A DNA stretch of 64,000 nt from Camelus dromedarius (lineage: Eukaryota). Below the pieces are notes generated by a model. That model was given only the letters and a program-made list of their open reading frames with translations, was not told where the DNA came from and ran no database searches. Made by a program: the position numbers and the translations under genes. Location: contig NC_087436.1 of the NCBI RefSeq assembly GCF_036321535.1, positions 49,292,001 to 49,356,000 of the forward strand. The letters run 5' to 3'. Shown here piece after piece: positions 27,152-39,587 of the stretch (its first letter is position 1; the number at the start of each line of letters is the position of its first letter).

Positions 27152-27436
27152 CCCAAGCCTTGTTATAAAAAGTAACTAGGAATATGGTTCAAAATAAGGG
27201 TTTAATGTGACCACTGATTAAAATTATGTTACTGAAAATACTAAGTGTTATTTAGAAGAGGCAAAAACACTACTGCCTTTGAGAAAAACAAAATTTCAGA
27301 GAAGAAAAATACTTACTAACGTATCTGAAAACAATGAGCAATTTTAAGAAATCTTTTCTGTATTTCTTTAATAATAATATAATAGTTTATGGAAAATATT
27401 AAAAAATGAACTATGAATTACAGAATTTTTTTAACA

Positions 27437-27580
27437 GGGGTAGTACACAGCAGTGGGAAGAGCACCACTACGTACTTAGAGGACTTAGTGTCACCTAAGT
27501 ACCACTGTCACCTGTCACCCTGGAGCAGTCACCTCACTTCTCAAAGACTCAGGCTTCTCAAAGGTAAGGGCTAGGAAAAA
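27437..27580 (+). mobile_element. MIR
   Basis: gcagtgggaagagcac...ccctggagcagtcacctcacttctc...ctcaggcttctc. Confidence 0.55.
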
Positions 27581-28731
27581 CAGAATTAATAATTTGACTT
27601 TCATGTTATTTTCAGCATCAGCTATCCATTAAGTAAGATTAATATGTTTTTTATCCACAGTTTTTGTAAGCTTTCTGTAAAAATAAAGTTTGAAGAGACA
27701 GCTATATAGGGACATACTCATTTATGTGTATGAGTCAGGGAAACTTCTTTGGACGTATATCTACATTTACAATGGGTCAAGGAATGAAGACGTTAGGGAT
27801 GGATGTTATCTCATGAAATATGCACTAATCCTATGGTCACACAAACCTGCAGGGCAGGAGATGGTAATCTGTGGATTCTGGATGAAGATGTCCTGTTGAT
27901 GATACCATATTTAACTATATTGGCAGGAATGCAACTCTTGCCCCAAATTGGAGGTAACTTTCTATTGCCTTATAGTTTGCTTCATAAAATCCATAATCAA
28001 GAGTCCTGAAACCCTCTTAGTGAAATTAAGTTTTTCTTTAAAAAGTTCACAAGTAAGCAATATCTCCACTTTAAGTAAGCCTGGTTTGACTGTTATCCAC
28101 TGATCATTTTATTTACCAAAAGCTATTAAGCACTGCAGTGGGAACAAAAATAAAGCATAGCACCAATACACCCACAATTTATCATTAAAAAAAAAAAACA
28201 CTTTTTTTTTTTTTGCCTCACATCTATTGTGTTGTTTACTATCAATGCATGAAAATATAGGCTTAGACTTTACATAAAATTTCTGAGAAATACTTTACAT
28301 TAAACAATAGGCTAAATAAGATAAGTATGAACCACTTAAGCAGGAAAATATTTCTTCTCAATTATGTATTTGGGGGAAAATAGTGCCTTTTTTGAAGAGA
28401 TGATTTTGTTTTAAAGGGCAATTCATCCAACTTTTTAAAATACAACAGAAGTAATGTCTTAATTTGCAAGTATTTAAATGATTCAGCTAACTGAATTTAA
28501 AGGAAATTCTCAGTCTTTCAGGGGTAGAAGGATTCAACAATAGGGATTTTAATCATAGTATTATCAAGTATCTCAAGACATAAATATCACAAACATAAAA
28601 CTTTGAGCTTGAACATAAAACAAAACAGAAGCACAGTAAAGTCAAACTTCTTTGTCATTTTGATTAAAAGAATGACCTGGGTTGGGTATTTACATATATA
28701 TAAATATTCATATCAGACCCATCCATGGTTT

Positions 28732-28761
28732 CTGACCTACTGACCTACTGACCTACTGACC
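28732..28761. repeat. (CTGACCTA)x3.75 tandem repeat
   Basis: ctgaccta ctgaccta ctgaccta ctgacc. Confidence 0.9.
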
Positions 28762-30059
28762 AGCAGGAAGCAGTGTTCCCAGAAAGGGAGGGAAATGATT
28801 GACAGTTAAAGAGAATAGGAGGCAGGAGATGACAAATAAATGAAAAGGTAATTAGACAGTGGTTGAGTGAACATATAAAGTTTAGGGATATAGCAGAAAT
28901 TTTTTTATTAGTAAACCTTCCTACTGAAATAATTTTCTGAAAATGGAGTAATTGATGAACTAAGGCTTTGGAAACAACAGTGGAAGTTTAAAGTTTACAT
29001 TTTTTTCTCTAATATCCTCAAAAAAAAAAGAAAATTCACAATTTTTCTTATCAATGTCAGTTGTGCATCATTATATCACTCTGACCTGCATTATTCTAAT
29101 GTGACTTAGACCAAAAAGTCTCAGGTTTATATTGGTTAGTACCAAGAGTATTATCTGCTATTTCTGATAAATTAGTTAAATGGAAAAATCAGTCTACCAA
29201 TGGGTCAAAGATGGAAAATACATTATCTGCAGAATCAATGGGAAAGTGTTTTCTCCTTAACAAAGGCAAAAGTAACCACAAATTCAGAAGTGAGACAATT
29301 GCTTCTACACGTCCAAGCCTACCTTCTATAACATCCTTTAGTTCATGATTCATCACTGTGTCCAACTTACTGGACAAATGTCTTAAAATCATTCCAGTAA
29401 GGCCAGTCAGTTCAATGTTGCACTCGGCCCCCTCCCCACCCATTTTTGGGGGGAGGTGGGCAGAGTTCATCTTAACCTTCCTCAGTTGCCTATCTTGATC
29501 CAGGACCTTCAGTCTGTGGGAACCATCTAATTTATGCCACCAGTTGTAAATATAAAGCTAACTTTTAAAGTTTTAAAAGTATAGCATTACATCATGAAAG
29601 CAGACTCTTTTTTCCTATAAAGTAAGATATACAATGCCTCTACTTTCTAGAGAGAGTTAAAAACAGAGAAGATGAAGGACGTCACAAATGAGAGTTGTTC
29701 TAAGTTTTAAGACTTAAATATGTATAACATATATATGACTTGTTCTCTGAATGATTAGCCATTTTTTAAAAAGAAATTAAACCAACATTTTAATCAGTAA
29801 CATCAAAGAAAACACAGAGGTTATGCTTATAAAATTTACAGAGGAAATGAGGAGAGAAGAGAGCATATGTATATAAATAATACATGGAATGAAAACATTT
29901 TCATAAACTTGCCTAAGCTTAAAGGAGGGACCAAGAATAAGAAGATGGAATTTACTAAATTAAATGTTAAAATCTTCCACATTGATTTAGAAAATCACAG
30001 TGACAAAGTAAGAATGAAAGAAATTTGGTTAATCAGCTGCTTGTGAGAAAAAAAAAAGA

Positions 30060-30395
30060 CAAAGCATTTCAACGTGTGGTCTTGGGGCAAGAAAGCCATG
30101 TGTGCTTTAGGGCCGTATTAATAGATGTGCAGTGTCCAGGAAACTAGAGTGCCCTATAATGATCTGATCGTACCTAAAATACCAAATCCCAAACTTTAAT
30201 ATTTAAGGGACCATTACATTAAAAAAGGGAGCCAACATTCTTCAAGAAATGCATATTTTAGCTTAGTATGATACGAAACAATTAGAACATTCTAAAAATG
30301 TACTCAATTGGTGAGTTCCCAATTAGAAGAATCCAGTCGGATGCTAGACCAGTCCTTTGTAGAAAGATAGTAAACAAGATTCCTGCATGTGGCAT
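30060..30395 (+). mobile_element. CR1/L3 fragment
   Basis: aagaaagccatgtgtgctttagggccgtattaatagatgtgcagtgtccagg and ggtgagttccc...agattcctgcatg resemble L3 ORF2-end and 3' motifs. Confidence 0.45.
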
Positions 30396-30717
30396 AAAAA
30401 GGGAATAACCATTTTTTTAAAGTTTTAAAATAGTTAACTTTTCTCCCAGATGATAGCTGTCAAAATTTTATAAACATTTTGTCTCATAAATTTAGAAAAT
30501 TGCCCTCTTTATCTTCTGGCCACTTTTCTCCCCTTATCTCCCTCTTCTGCCTTCTTTAACTGGCCTCAATAAAGATCTGAAGTAGACATTTTATGATATA
30601 TTCCAATTGTATGACACATGTTAGTGAAGAAAAGTATCTTCTCCATCATTAGAAAAAACTAAGCTTTTCAAAATATTTTGATGTTACATTATCTTCCTTT
30701 CCATAGGGTGAAACCCC

Positions 30718-30800
30718 TTCAATCAATCAAAAAAATATTTATTAAGCACCTACTATGTGCTAGGCATTCAGATGTGTTTTTGTCCCTTGCTACTTCAGGA
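30718..30800 (-). mobile_element. L2 3' tail
   Basis: tcaatcaatc...atatttattaagcacctactatgtgctaggca. Confidence 0.7.
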
Positions 30801-31934
30801 AAACTTACTAACAAAATATTATAGTAATTTATATTTTTAAAATATCTAAAAATGACTCACTTTGAGAAGGTGGACATCTGAAAAAAGGGAAAGGGACAAC
30901 TAAAATATAAATGATACCAGGAAAAAAAAAAAAAAAAAAGAAAGAAAACCCAAACTATCTACTACCTTTAAAAAAGTATGAAACTAAGGAAAAAAAACCT
31001 TTTTAAGACCATCTGGTTTTATACTTTTAATAAATATATAACAAAAGTCTACACTTTTTTGTTGTTGTTGTTGTTCTAAATGAAATATACTTAAAATGTA
31101 CAAGAACTCAATTGTGCATTTGATGCGGGAAGTTTATTTACCCTCCTCTGAAGCTATGGATTTTAATAATCAGTTCACTGTTTGGTTAGGGAACCTGGAG
31201 CTGGAAGTCTTTCCTAAAATGCTCTCTAGAGATGCAGCATATTGATTTAGCCCTGCAGGCTTGCACACATTCCCAGCTATGTCCTCATAACATCACAAGG
31301 CACCCGGAAAGCACCGCCAAATACACGGCCTCCCACAGGAGCCTACGTTCTGAAGTTACGCTGACCGCTTTTCTCCTCTTACCTGAGAGTGAAAAAAAGA
31401 GCAGAGCAAAAAACTGCTGGGTCAGAAAATCTATCATCAACTAAACTTTCTGGAATTTTCAAAACATTTCCTGCACTTATGTCTCACCAAACAAGGCCTT
31501 GAGTGTGTTTATTCATCAAAATTATCACCCAGTAGACACCATCCACAACAGCTTTCAAATTTCTCTTCCTATAGTTAAAACTTCTGTGCATTGATACTAC
31601 TGGAATTAGAATATTCCTAAAGTCTCCCCAAATAGCCAACAAAAACATAAATCCCAGTTGTAATAAATTTAATTTGGGTAGGATACTTTAGGGGTGGGGG
31701 GGAGCATCAAATGTTACTTAGACAAGTGTTACTTACAATTGAGTATCTTGGAGATTCAAATTCTGCAATAATGTAACTTTGTATATGAGATTACTATGCC
31801 CAGACACTGAAAGTTCCAACTTACTCTCCCAGTTCCTCCTCCACCTCTGCCCACCCCCTTAAGGGGCAGGTGCTGTATCTATTTTAAGAAGGAGCCATAG
31901 GGGACAAAGAATAAAAGATATGATCACAAAGTGA

Positions 31935-32950
31935 ATTCCTTCTTTTAAAGAGTGTGATTAAGTGCCTACTATGTAACCGAAGACTGTGTGAGATGTTAGG
32001 AATGGAAGATAAGACACAGCCTTTGTCCTAGGGATTTTTAGAGTTTGTAGAGAAGACAGGCACACAGGAATACAGTAAGTGGAATGTGTGAGGGACAGCA
32101 GTGCCACATATAAGAGGTTTTGCTGATGAGAAACCTGAGCTGAGTCTTTAAGTGGAAAAAGGCAGTTAACAAGAAGAGCAGCAAGTACAAAGGCTTGAAT
32201 GCGTGAAATATAATGTTATATTAAGGACCTATAGAGTTAGGAATAATTACATCACAGAATCTGAGGGACAGACAACATGGTGACAAGGAGGTTGAAGAGT
32301 AATGAAGAGCCAGATAAGGAATATAAAATACTGAGTTTGACTTACTTCCTGTAGGCCAGTGGTTTTCCAAACTGAGTTCTTTAGATAGCAAGCATTCATT
32401 CTCAGAGTGATTCAGGCCTACATGGGCTGAACAGGGAGGTAGGTGGCCCTAAGAGCCCCAGCATTGCATCCATTTCCGCACTGACCAGATGAATTCTATT
32501 TTAATTGTAAAAACTTTGCAAGGGGTGGGGGTGGGGGACTTGCTCTGCTTTAACATACAGTTTGACAACAGGTATCCATCAAAGTCCCCCGAAGCATCCC
32601 TAAGGAGGGATATGCACAGTTACATTTGCATCTAAGAATGAGCTTAATGGGGTACTTTAAATTGACTGCCAGGAAAGAAAAAAGGGGGGGGGGATAGAAA
32701 CAGAGGGAACAACTAGGAAATGACTACTTCATGGAAAAAGGAAATTAAGAATGGCAAGGATGGGTAGAGGTGTGGACAAGCTGGATTTAGGAGTGTGAGT
32801 GGGAAAGAAAGTGGGAGAAGCTCTTGCCCAAGTTTGATGTTCTCAAGGAAGTAGGAAGCCAGCTAGCCGGGAGAATTTAAGGAAAGATGTGTGTGCCTGT
32901 GTGCATATGTGCAAGCGTGGAGGGGGATTCAAGATCTGGAAAAGGTGGCC
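31935..32950 (-). mobile_element. L2 with an inserted hAT-Charlie-like element (about 32357-32572)
   Basis: attaagtgcctactatgt...gataagacacagcc; insert bounded by TIR-like cagtggttttccaaactg ... cagtttgacaaca. Confidence 0.55.
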
Positions 32951-33379
32951 AAGATTTTTTATTTGTTTGTTTGTCTTAAGGGCTCTCCAAAACCACCAAG
33001 ATTCAAGGACTATAGGTGGTTTTGGCCGAAAATTACAAAAGTGGTATACACATATACAACATTAACTGTATTATCACAGATTCTCCAAGAAACCCATCAC
33101 TTGCTCTTCCAATCTTTTCAACATTAAAAAAAGCCAAGATAACAAATTAATTTCACATTTAGCAGTGCCTTTCACCTTTTCTAAACAACTTAGATCTGTT
33201 TCATCAGAGAGGATGAAAATGTACATACTAACTAGAAAAATTAATGAGGAAATGATTTGGTTAGATGAACATCTGTAATGAGAGAGAATAAGGAAAAGAT
33301 TTGGTTAGATTAACATCTATAAAGATGGGCAAACATCTCTAGTGCCGTTATTTGCATTGCTACTTCATTTCAGAATACA

Positions 33380-33545
33380 CAGTGTTTTCACCAAGTCTCA
33401 CTTATGCTTAAAATATCCTATGAGATCAATAGAGGCAAATGGTACTTCACCTGTCGATGGGGAAACTGAAACACAAGAATTGTGAAAATAACTTTCATAG
33501 GGGACAGCCTATTTTAGCCTGGCTGACTCGTTCTAAACTCAAAGT
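33380..33545 (-). mobile_element. MIR
   Basis: ccctatgaga...gatggggaaactgaaacacaag. Confidence 0.55.
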
Positions 33546-34619
33546 GTATGTCATATGTGGACAGGCATTAATGCCAGAAATGCTATATAGTACTATTTAT
33601 AACTTAGGGACTGCCAGAGTTCTCAGCAGAATCTCATGAGAATGTCAACAGTCTTCCATAATTCACTCTCTTGGGACATAGAGACTAAGAGACCAATCTG
33701 AGCCTCATACACATAGAACTCAAGACACCGCAGATAACAAAGGTTTTGATTTCATACAGTTCAGTCATGACTCATATTATAACACAGCATGTGTATGGAG
33801 AAAGTAAAGAGATGTATAAAGAAAGGATTGTAGCACTGTTGTTAATAGAAAAATAAAATTTTCTCTTTTAAATACACTTGTGCCCCCTTGCTAGACAATT
33901 ACATTTTATTAAAAGTAAAAAAAATTTAATAAGAAATAGATGGGTAGAAAGTAACCATTTGAAGAGCACTGCATTAGATGATCGCTAGGGTCTGTTTTAG
34001 GTTAGAGTCCCATGACTCAAAGGATAAATTGATCAAGCTTGTTCAGTTTATAGGATTGGTCCATAAGAAAGGGACATTTGAAGTTTTAATTTTGAAATCC
34101 ATGTGGTGATTTAAAGTTGAGATAACAAAAGTCATTTTTCTTCTGAAAAATAAACAGAAAGAACAGTACCATGATAGAAATAATTGTTCCATCTCAAACC
34201 ATTGAAGAAAAAGAAAGATGACATCTTCAGCATGGGAGAATCTAAGCATATACAATGACCTTTTTCTAGTCTTATCAATGTTTCTTTGACCCTTTCTAAA
34301 CAACATAGATCTGTTTCATGAGAAAAGGTAAAAATGTCCACATTAAGTAGAAAAATGGCCTCAAAACAGTGTTAATGGGCAAATCGAAACCTTCTAACTC
34401 TATTCTCCACAAGTTGTCAGGCAAAACACTTCTTATGGACGGCATGGAGACGGGGAGACAGGGAGCTGTCAATGTGAAGACCTGGAGCCAGCCCAGGTTC
34501 TGCCAGTAGCTAATGACAGGAACCCAGAGGGGTCCTGTATCATCTCTGGGTATCCTAGCTTCCCTACTTCCTGTAATGCCAAAACTTTAATTGGTCAGTT
34601 TAAAACTTGAAGGGAAAAC

Positions 34620-36072
34620 TTTGACACTTTGTAATCTCCTATGTGCGATTAGCGGTTAAATCTTCATGATTTTTCTCTAAAATATATCAAACCTATCTTC
34701 CCTTTTCTGCCTTATTTCTACGACCATACTCCACATTCTCAACCTCACTCCTAAATCATTCCAACCACTTCCTCTATCTCCCTAATCTTCTAAACTTGTC
34801 GAAATAATAATATCGCTAAAGACCTGAATTTACCTTATTACTTACCTCTTCAGTTGTTCCTCAACATTTGTACGACAGTATGTAACAATCTTTAGACAGG
34901 TCATAGGATTTTACAAAAATTAACCTCATCTGTTTTTCCATCTTCTCTGCCATTACTTGCCAACTCTGTACAAGATCACCTGCCCCTGGCCTTTTCTTAG
35001 TGCACCTTTTCGCCCTCAAAGCCAACATCCTTTTTTTCATTCCACCTCATGTTTCTCCTCCACTTCTCTGCACGGGGCTGTCACTCCTTATTGTTTGTTT
35101 TATGGCTGGTGGTGTGAGGACTATGCGACTGTGAAGTGTATAAAAGTAACTTTAACTAGAACTCCTCCTTTGGAGATTTTTTTTTCCAGCTTCACTGAGA
35201 CATAAAATGACAACTAAAACTAAGATACATAAAGCATACACGATAATGATTTTATATATACACTAAGAAAGAATTCCCCTATCAGGTTGATCACCACATC
35301 CATCACCTCACACATTTAGGGTTTTTTGTTGTTGTTGTTCATTTGTTTGTTTTTGGTGAGAACACTTAAGTTCTACTCTCTCAGCGAATTTCAATCATAT
35401 AATAGAGTGTTATCAACAATAGTCACCATGCTATATGTTAGATCCTCAGACCTTATTCATCTTGTAACTGAATGTCTGTACCCTTTTACCAACTACCCAA
35501 ATTCTTCCTGTCCTTCAAGACTAGGCCACAGCTTTCCTTTGTGAAGTCTTCCCTTACCTGTTTTAGTCTAAATGGGCCCTGCCATTCTTTGAACTTCCAG
35601 CGTTCTTGTCTGCACCACTCACCTGGGCACCTGGGTAACTGTTTACTGGTGACATGACTGAGCTGTGTAAGATGTTCTGATTCTCTCTGAATCACTCTGA
35701 AAAAACTGTTACTACCCCAGGGCTTTGTGGCATTTCTCCTCTAACTGAAACACTCTTCCCCCATGTAACCTTATGGTATGTGTATATTATTTTTTTATGT
35801 TTTTACTCAAAAAAATAATTTTATCATGATGTCTTTTCTGACTGCTCCATCTTTAGTTATTTATTCTCCATGCCTCCAATTTCCTTTCTCTGCCAACATT
35901 TTTATGCTGAGCACTTCTTGGTATTCATCATACTATACATTTTTATTTATGTCTGTCTCCCACTCTATAAACAAGGAGAGAGATTTTCATCTATATTGCT
36001 CATTCATGCATTCCAGTTCCTAAAGAGTACCTGGTATTTGATAGGTGGTCAAGAAATACTATTTGAATGAAT
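34620..36072 (+). mobile_element. L2 fragments interrupted by an L1 3' end
   Basis: Pyrimidine-rich L2-like body ending tacctggtatttgataggtggtcaagaaatactatttgaatgaat. Confidence 0.55.
35177..35495 (-). mobile_element. L1MA9-like 3' end
   Basis: T-tract start; ggtgagaacacttaagttctactctctcagcgaatttcaa; reverse counterpart of 17150-17430. Confidence 0.8.
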
Positions 36073-36139
36073 TTAGTATTAAAAAACTAAAAGCAACATT
36101 ACTAACAGTGATTAATAATAATAAAGAGATGTTAATTTA

Positions 36140-36330
36140 AAATTGAAAACTTACTGTATGCCCAGTCCTGCACATATTATCCATATGATATTATATGATT
36201 CCATTATTATTTAACTCAGACCTATTTCCCCTTTGCCAAATAAAACAAGGCTTAAAGGGGTTAAATAATTTCCCCAAGAACACACAGCTAATAAATATGA
36301 CTAAAGTTAAGCCTTAGGCTTATTCACTAT
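36140..36330 (-). mobile_element. MIR
   Basis: aaacaaggcttaaaggggttaaataatttccccaagaacacacagctaataaat. Confidence 0.6.
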
Positions 36331-38112
36331 TGAAAATAAGTTCTAGGCTAAGCTTATCCAACTGTAAAAAAAAAAATGCAAAATTAGATTATTTTGAGTA
36401 TGAGGGAAGGACTCCTCCAGGAGTTACTTGAAAATCTTGTTTTAAAAAAAGTAACAGCTAATATTTTAATTTCCTGGCCTCTTTTTTTTTTTTTTTTGTC
36501 AGTAACTTATCTTATATTTTTCCCTAAACTTTTGCTTTTCCATACTTACCCACCCTTCACCTCCCAGAAGAGAAAATCTTCTGACTAATGTTATGCCTTC
36601 ACTAAAGAGATAAAAATTGTATCTTAAAAATGTGTCTCCACTCTCATGTTAAGGCCAAGCACAGAACGAGCAGCCACAGTCCCCACAGTGAGAGGCAGAG
36701 AGCATCCACTAAGGGAGGAGGGGAAAAGCAAAGAATGCTCTATTCATAATTACCTAATAAGATTTTCCAGCATGAGAGGGGAAAGAGGAAGTCTATTTTC
36801 AGTGACAATGATTACTCTAAAAACATTAACATGCAAGGGGAAATTTTTCATTCTGAGAGTTACTACTGTGCTGAGTTCTCTTTCCCTTACACAGTGACTT
36901 AAAATTCCCAGGGCAGAGAGGTAATCTAGGCAGATGCACTTGCCCTGTGTCTCGAAAATGACAACATCCAGGAATCATGGGAGTTTAACTGAGGACACCC
37001 TGGAAAGGGTTTCTCAGCACCAGGTCAGTCTCTAAGAAGTATCAAATGGCAGAGTGGATACTTATATCCTCAGGCATCTGGAGTGAGGGCAGAGATTACA
37101 GCTGCACGGGCTTTTTAGAAGATTTGCTATGCTGAATGCATAAACAAGATTCAGTGAAGCTAAAGCTGAATTACCTGCTAAAAGAGTTATAGAACGGGGG
37201 AAAAAAGCCTCATTCTTCTCTTTCTCCAGCTGGCCTGCATTTTTTTTCCTACAATGCATTTAACTGGCTTATGGTACAGGCAAACGTATATATAGTAGAG
37301 TTCATTCTAGCATTCATCATAAATATTTTGGGGAAGAAGATACACCAGTTCCCTACTTCCACATGTCCATATAAATGATAATAATCTGATTAAAAAACAA
37401 ACAAACAAAAAAACAAAACCTTAGGTCGGGACACTTATTAACAGATTTGTGGCATTCAGAACAAATTAGTCTTTATTAAAATGAACTATAAGAACATAAT
37501 GAAAAAAGTGTCTTTCTCTCTGTCAGTAGCTCTACTTGTACTTTCAGGAAAATCATGTGAAACAAATCCTATAGGCTCTCCTGAGATCTGTCATCCTAAG
37601 CTTGAATTCTCTGCTAGTTCCATGAGGCCAAGCTGTCGTGAAACCCAGCTGCCTAGGCTCAGGCGGTGCTCACTTTTCAGGCCAGCAAATGACCACAAAT
37701 AGCACTTCTGGGGGGTCCTCAACAAGACTGAGACAAAGTGGCTGTAAGTGAGGTCCACACGGAGAAGAGGCACACTGAGACAGGTGGCTAGAGACAGCAC
37801 CTTTCTCATGCTGACCATTATATTTGAATGGTTCTTATCTCTCTTTCATTAAAAATGACAGACATTAAGAATCATAAAAATCTTTCCTCCAGAAAAAACG
37901 AAACAAAACATATATACATCAAAGTCAACACACAATTTTAACAGATTCACAGACCTTAAAATCTAACCCATGTGTCCCAAGTATAGATAATAGAGGCATT
38001 TGAGAGGCAACTCAGAGTAACTTTAGAGTTGAAGGCTGGAAGAGAGGCTGACCATTAAATCAGGAATAAACTTATGCTTGTAAGCAAGTACCGACTGTCC
38101 CCAGGGTCTTAC

Positions 38113-38257
38113 CAGCAGCTCTGCCCCTCACTGCTCCTCCTGGATCATGGCCTGCTGGCTGCTGCTGAGCCCATCTCCTGCTTCCACATGTGGCAGCTCA
38201 ACAGGAGCAAGGGCGACCGACAGTCTCGGGAGGGTCTGCTGCTGAATGTTGGCCAGC
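38113..38257 (-). other. 145-nt internal exon, probably non-coding 5'-UTR (resembles an SGMS1 5'-UTR exon, from memory)
   Basis: Acceptor ctctgtgtcttttacag|GCTGGCC and donor GCTGCTG|gtaaga; GC-rich versus flanks; not a recognisable repeat; stop codon in all three frames. Confidence 0.7.
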
Positions 38258-38583
38258 CTGTAAAAGACACAGAGTTTGAGTATTTTTAAGTTAGCAAAAA
38301 GGCACGTACATCTGGTATGAAAGCTACTGCACAGAGTTTAAAGGTTTTAGACATCTATAATTAGATATTTCCACCATGCCATTGGCTGCGAAAAAATTCG
38401 GGGCAGGAGGATCTTTCTCAAAGCAGTGAAACGCCCAACCGCATCATAATATATGGCCTAATATTTGCAGAGCGGTTTGCAATATCCAAAGCATCTCTGC
38501 CTGCATTAGTGGTCCTCACATCTTGATTGCGGCCATCAATTAGGTTTGAGACTCACTGGCTTGTATTACTTCATCTGCTGAAT

Positions 38584-38727
38584 CCAATGGTTCTCAGCCT
38601 TGGTTATAATAGCATCACCTGGGGATAAAGCTGAGGCTTCAGGCTCAGAGAGTCTCATTTGTTGGCCTAAAATGAAGCCTCATTCCCCAGGTATCTCTAA
38701 GGTGCAGCTAGGATTGATAGTCACTAG
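38584..38727. mobile_element. MER5A-like hAT-Charlie element
   Basis: caatggttctcagccttgg...atcacctgggga...ccccaggt...ctaaggtgcagc...gtcactag. Confidence 0.65.
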
Positions 38728-38764
38728 GTTAAGTCCTTGTACGTGCTGAGATGCAGCACTGACT

Positions 38765-39280
38765 TAACTCACAAATAGCAAATATTTATTCCCAATACAC
38801 TATATCAAGGCAATGTGCTAAATGCTATGGAAAAGGTAAAGCATCATAACATGTGGCCCCTGTGCTCGGGGGCTTTAACTTAGCTGGACACATACTTTCA
38901 AAAGATCACACAATCACATAAATACTTTAGAAATATAACCAAACTAAAGCTTTACTGGTCAAAGATGTAGTGAAAATTCTGAGAGCTACAAAAACTAGAG
39001 ATAACCATGCACTGAAATAAGGGGAAAGATTAGTACACAGGGAAAGGCTTCTTCTGAGTTTTAAGGGCAGGGTGAAATTCAGAGAAAGAGGAAGAGGGGC
39101 AGGGCATTGTTTTCTGGGAAAGACACAGCTGCAAGAATATGCGAAGCAAACTGGGGGAGACTAAAACGCCCACTTGGATTGAAGGATTTCTAGAAAGGAG
39201 CACTGGGAGGATTTGGAGAGGCAGTTTTGAGCCAGAATGGAAAGAGTATGGGTAAAATGGCAAAGGAGTTGGGCCATTTT
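38765..39280 (-). mobile_element. L2 fragment
   Basis: agcaaatatttattcccaatacactatatcaaggcaatgtgctaaatgctatgg. Confidence 0.55.
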
Positions 39281-39351
39281 CCAGAGTATCTGGAAACAGT
39301 ATCTGAAACAGTATTGGAAGCTGCTGAAGGCTCACGTCCCGGGAGGTCTTG

Positions 39352-39550
39352 GTAAATTTACTGGGCTCTTAGTAAACGCCAGACACTGTGCTAGAAGCAC
39401 TGCGTATGTTCACTCATTCAACACAAACATCTGGAGAGGTAGTTATTATTATTCCTATTTTACGGAGTCAGAAGGGAGATCACTTAATTTTCTCGAAGTT
39501 GCATAGCTAGAAATAGTAAGCTGAGACTGGGACGTGCTGTTTCTCTAGCA
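39352..39550 (-). mobile_element. MIR
   Basis: gccagacactgtgctag...gaggtagttattattattcctattttacgg...gcatagctagaaatag. Confidence 0.7.
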
Positions 39551-39587
39551 ACATGGCATCATATAAGTCATGTATTAAGATTTAGGG

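Noticed and set aside
28732..34356. Short direct repeats as a CRISPR-like array
   Set aside because: Mammalian DNA, no regular repeat-spacer structure, no cas-like ORFs.
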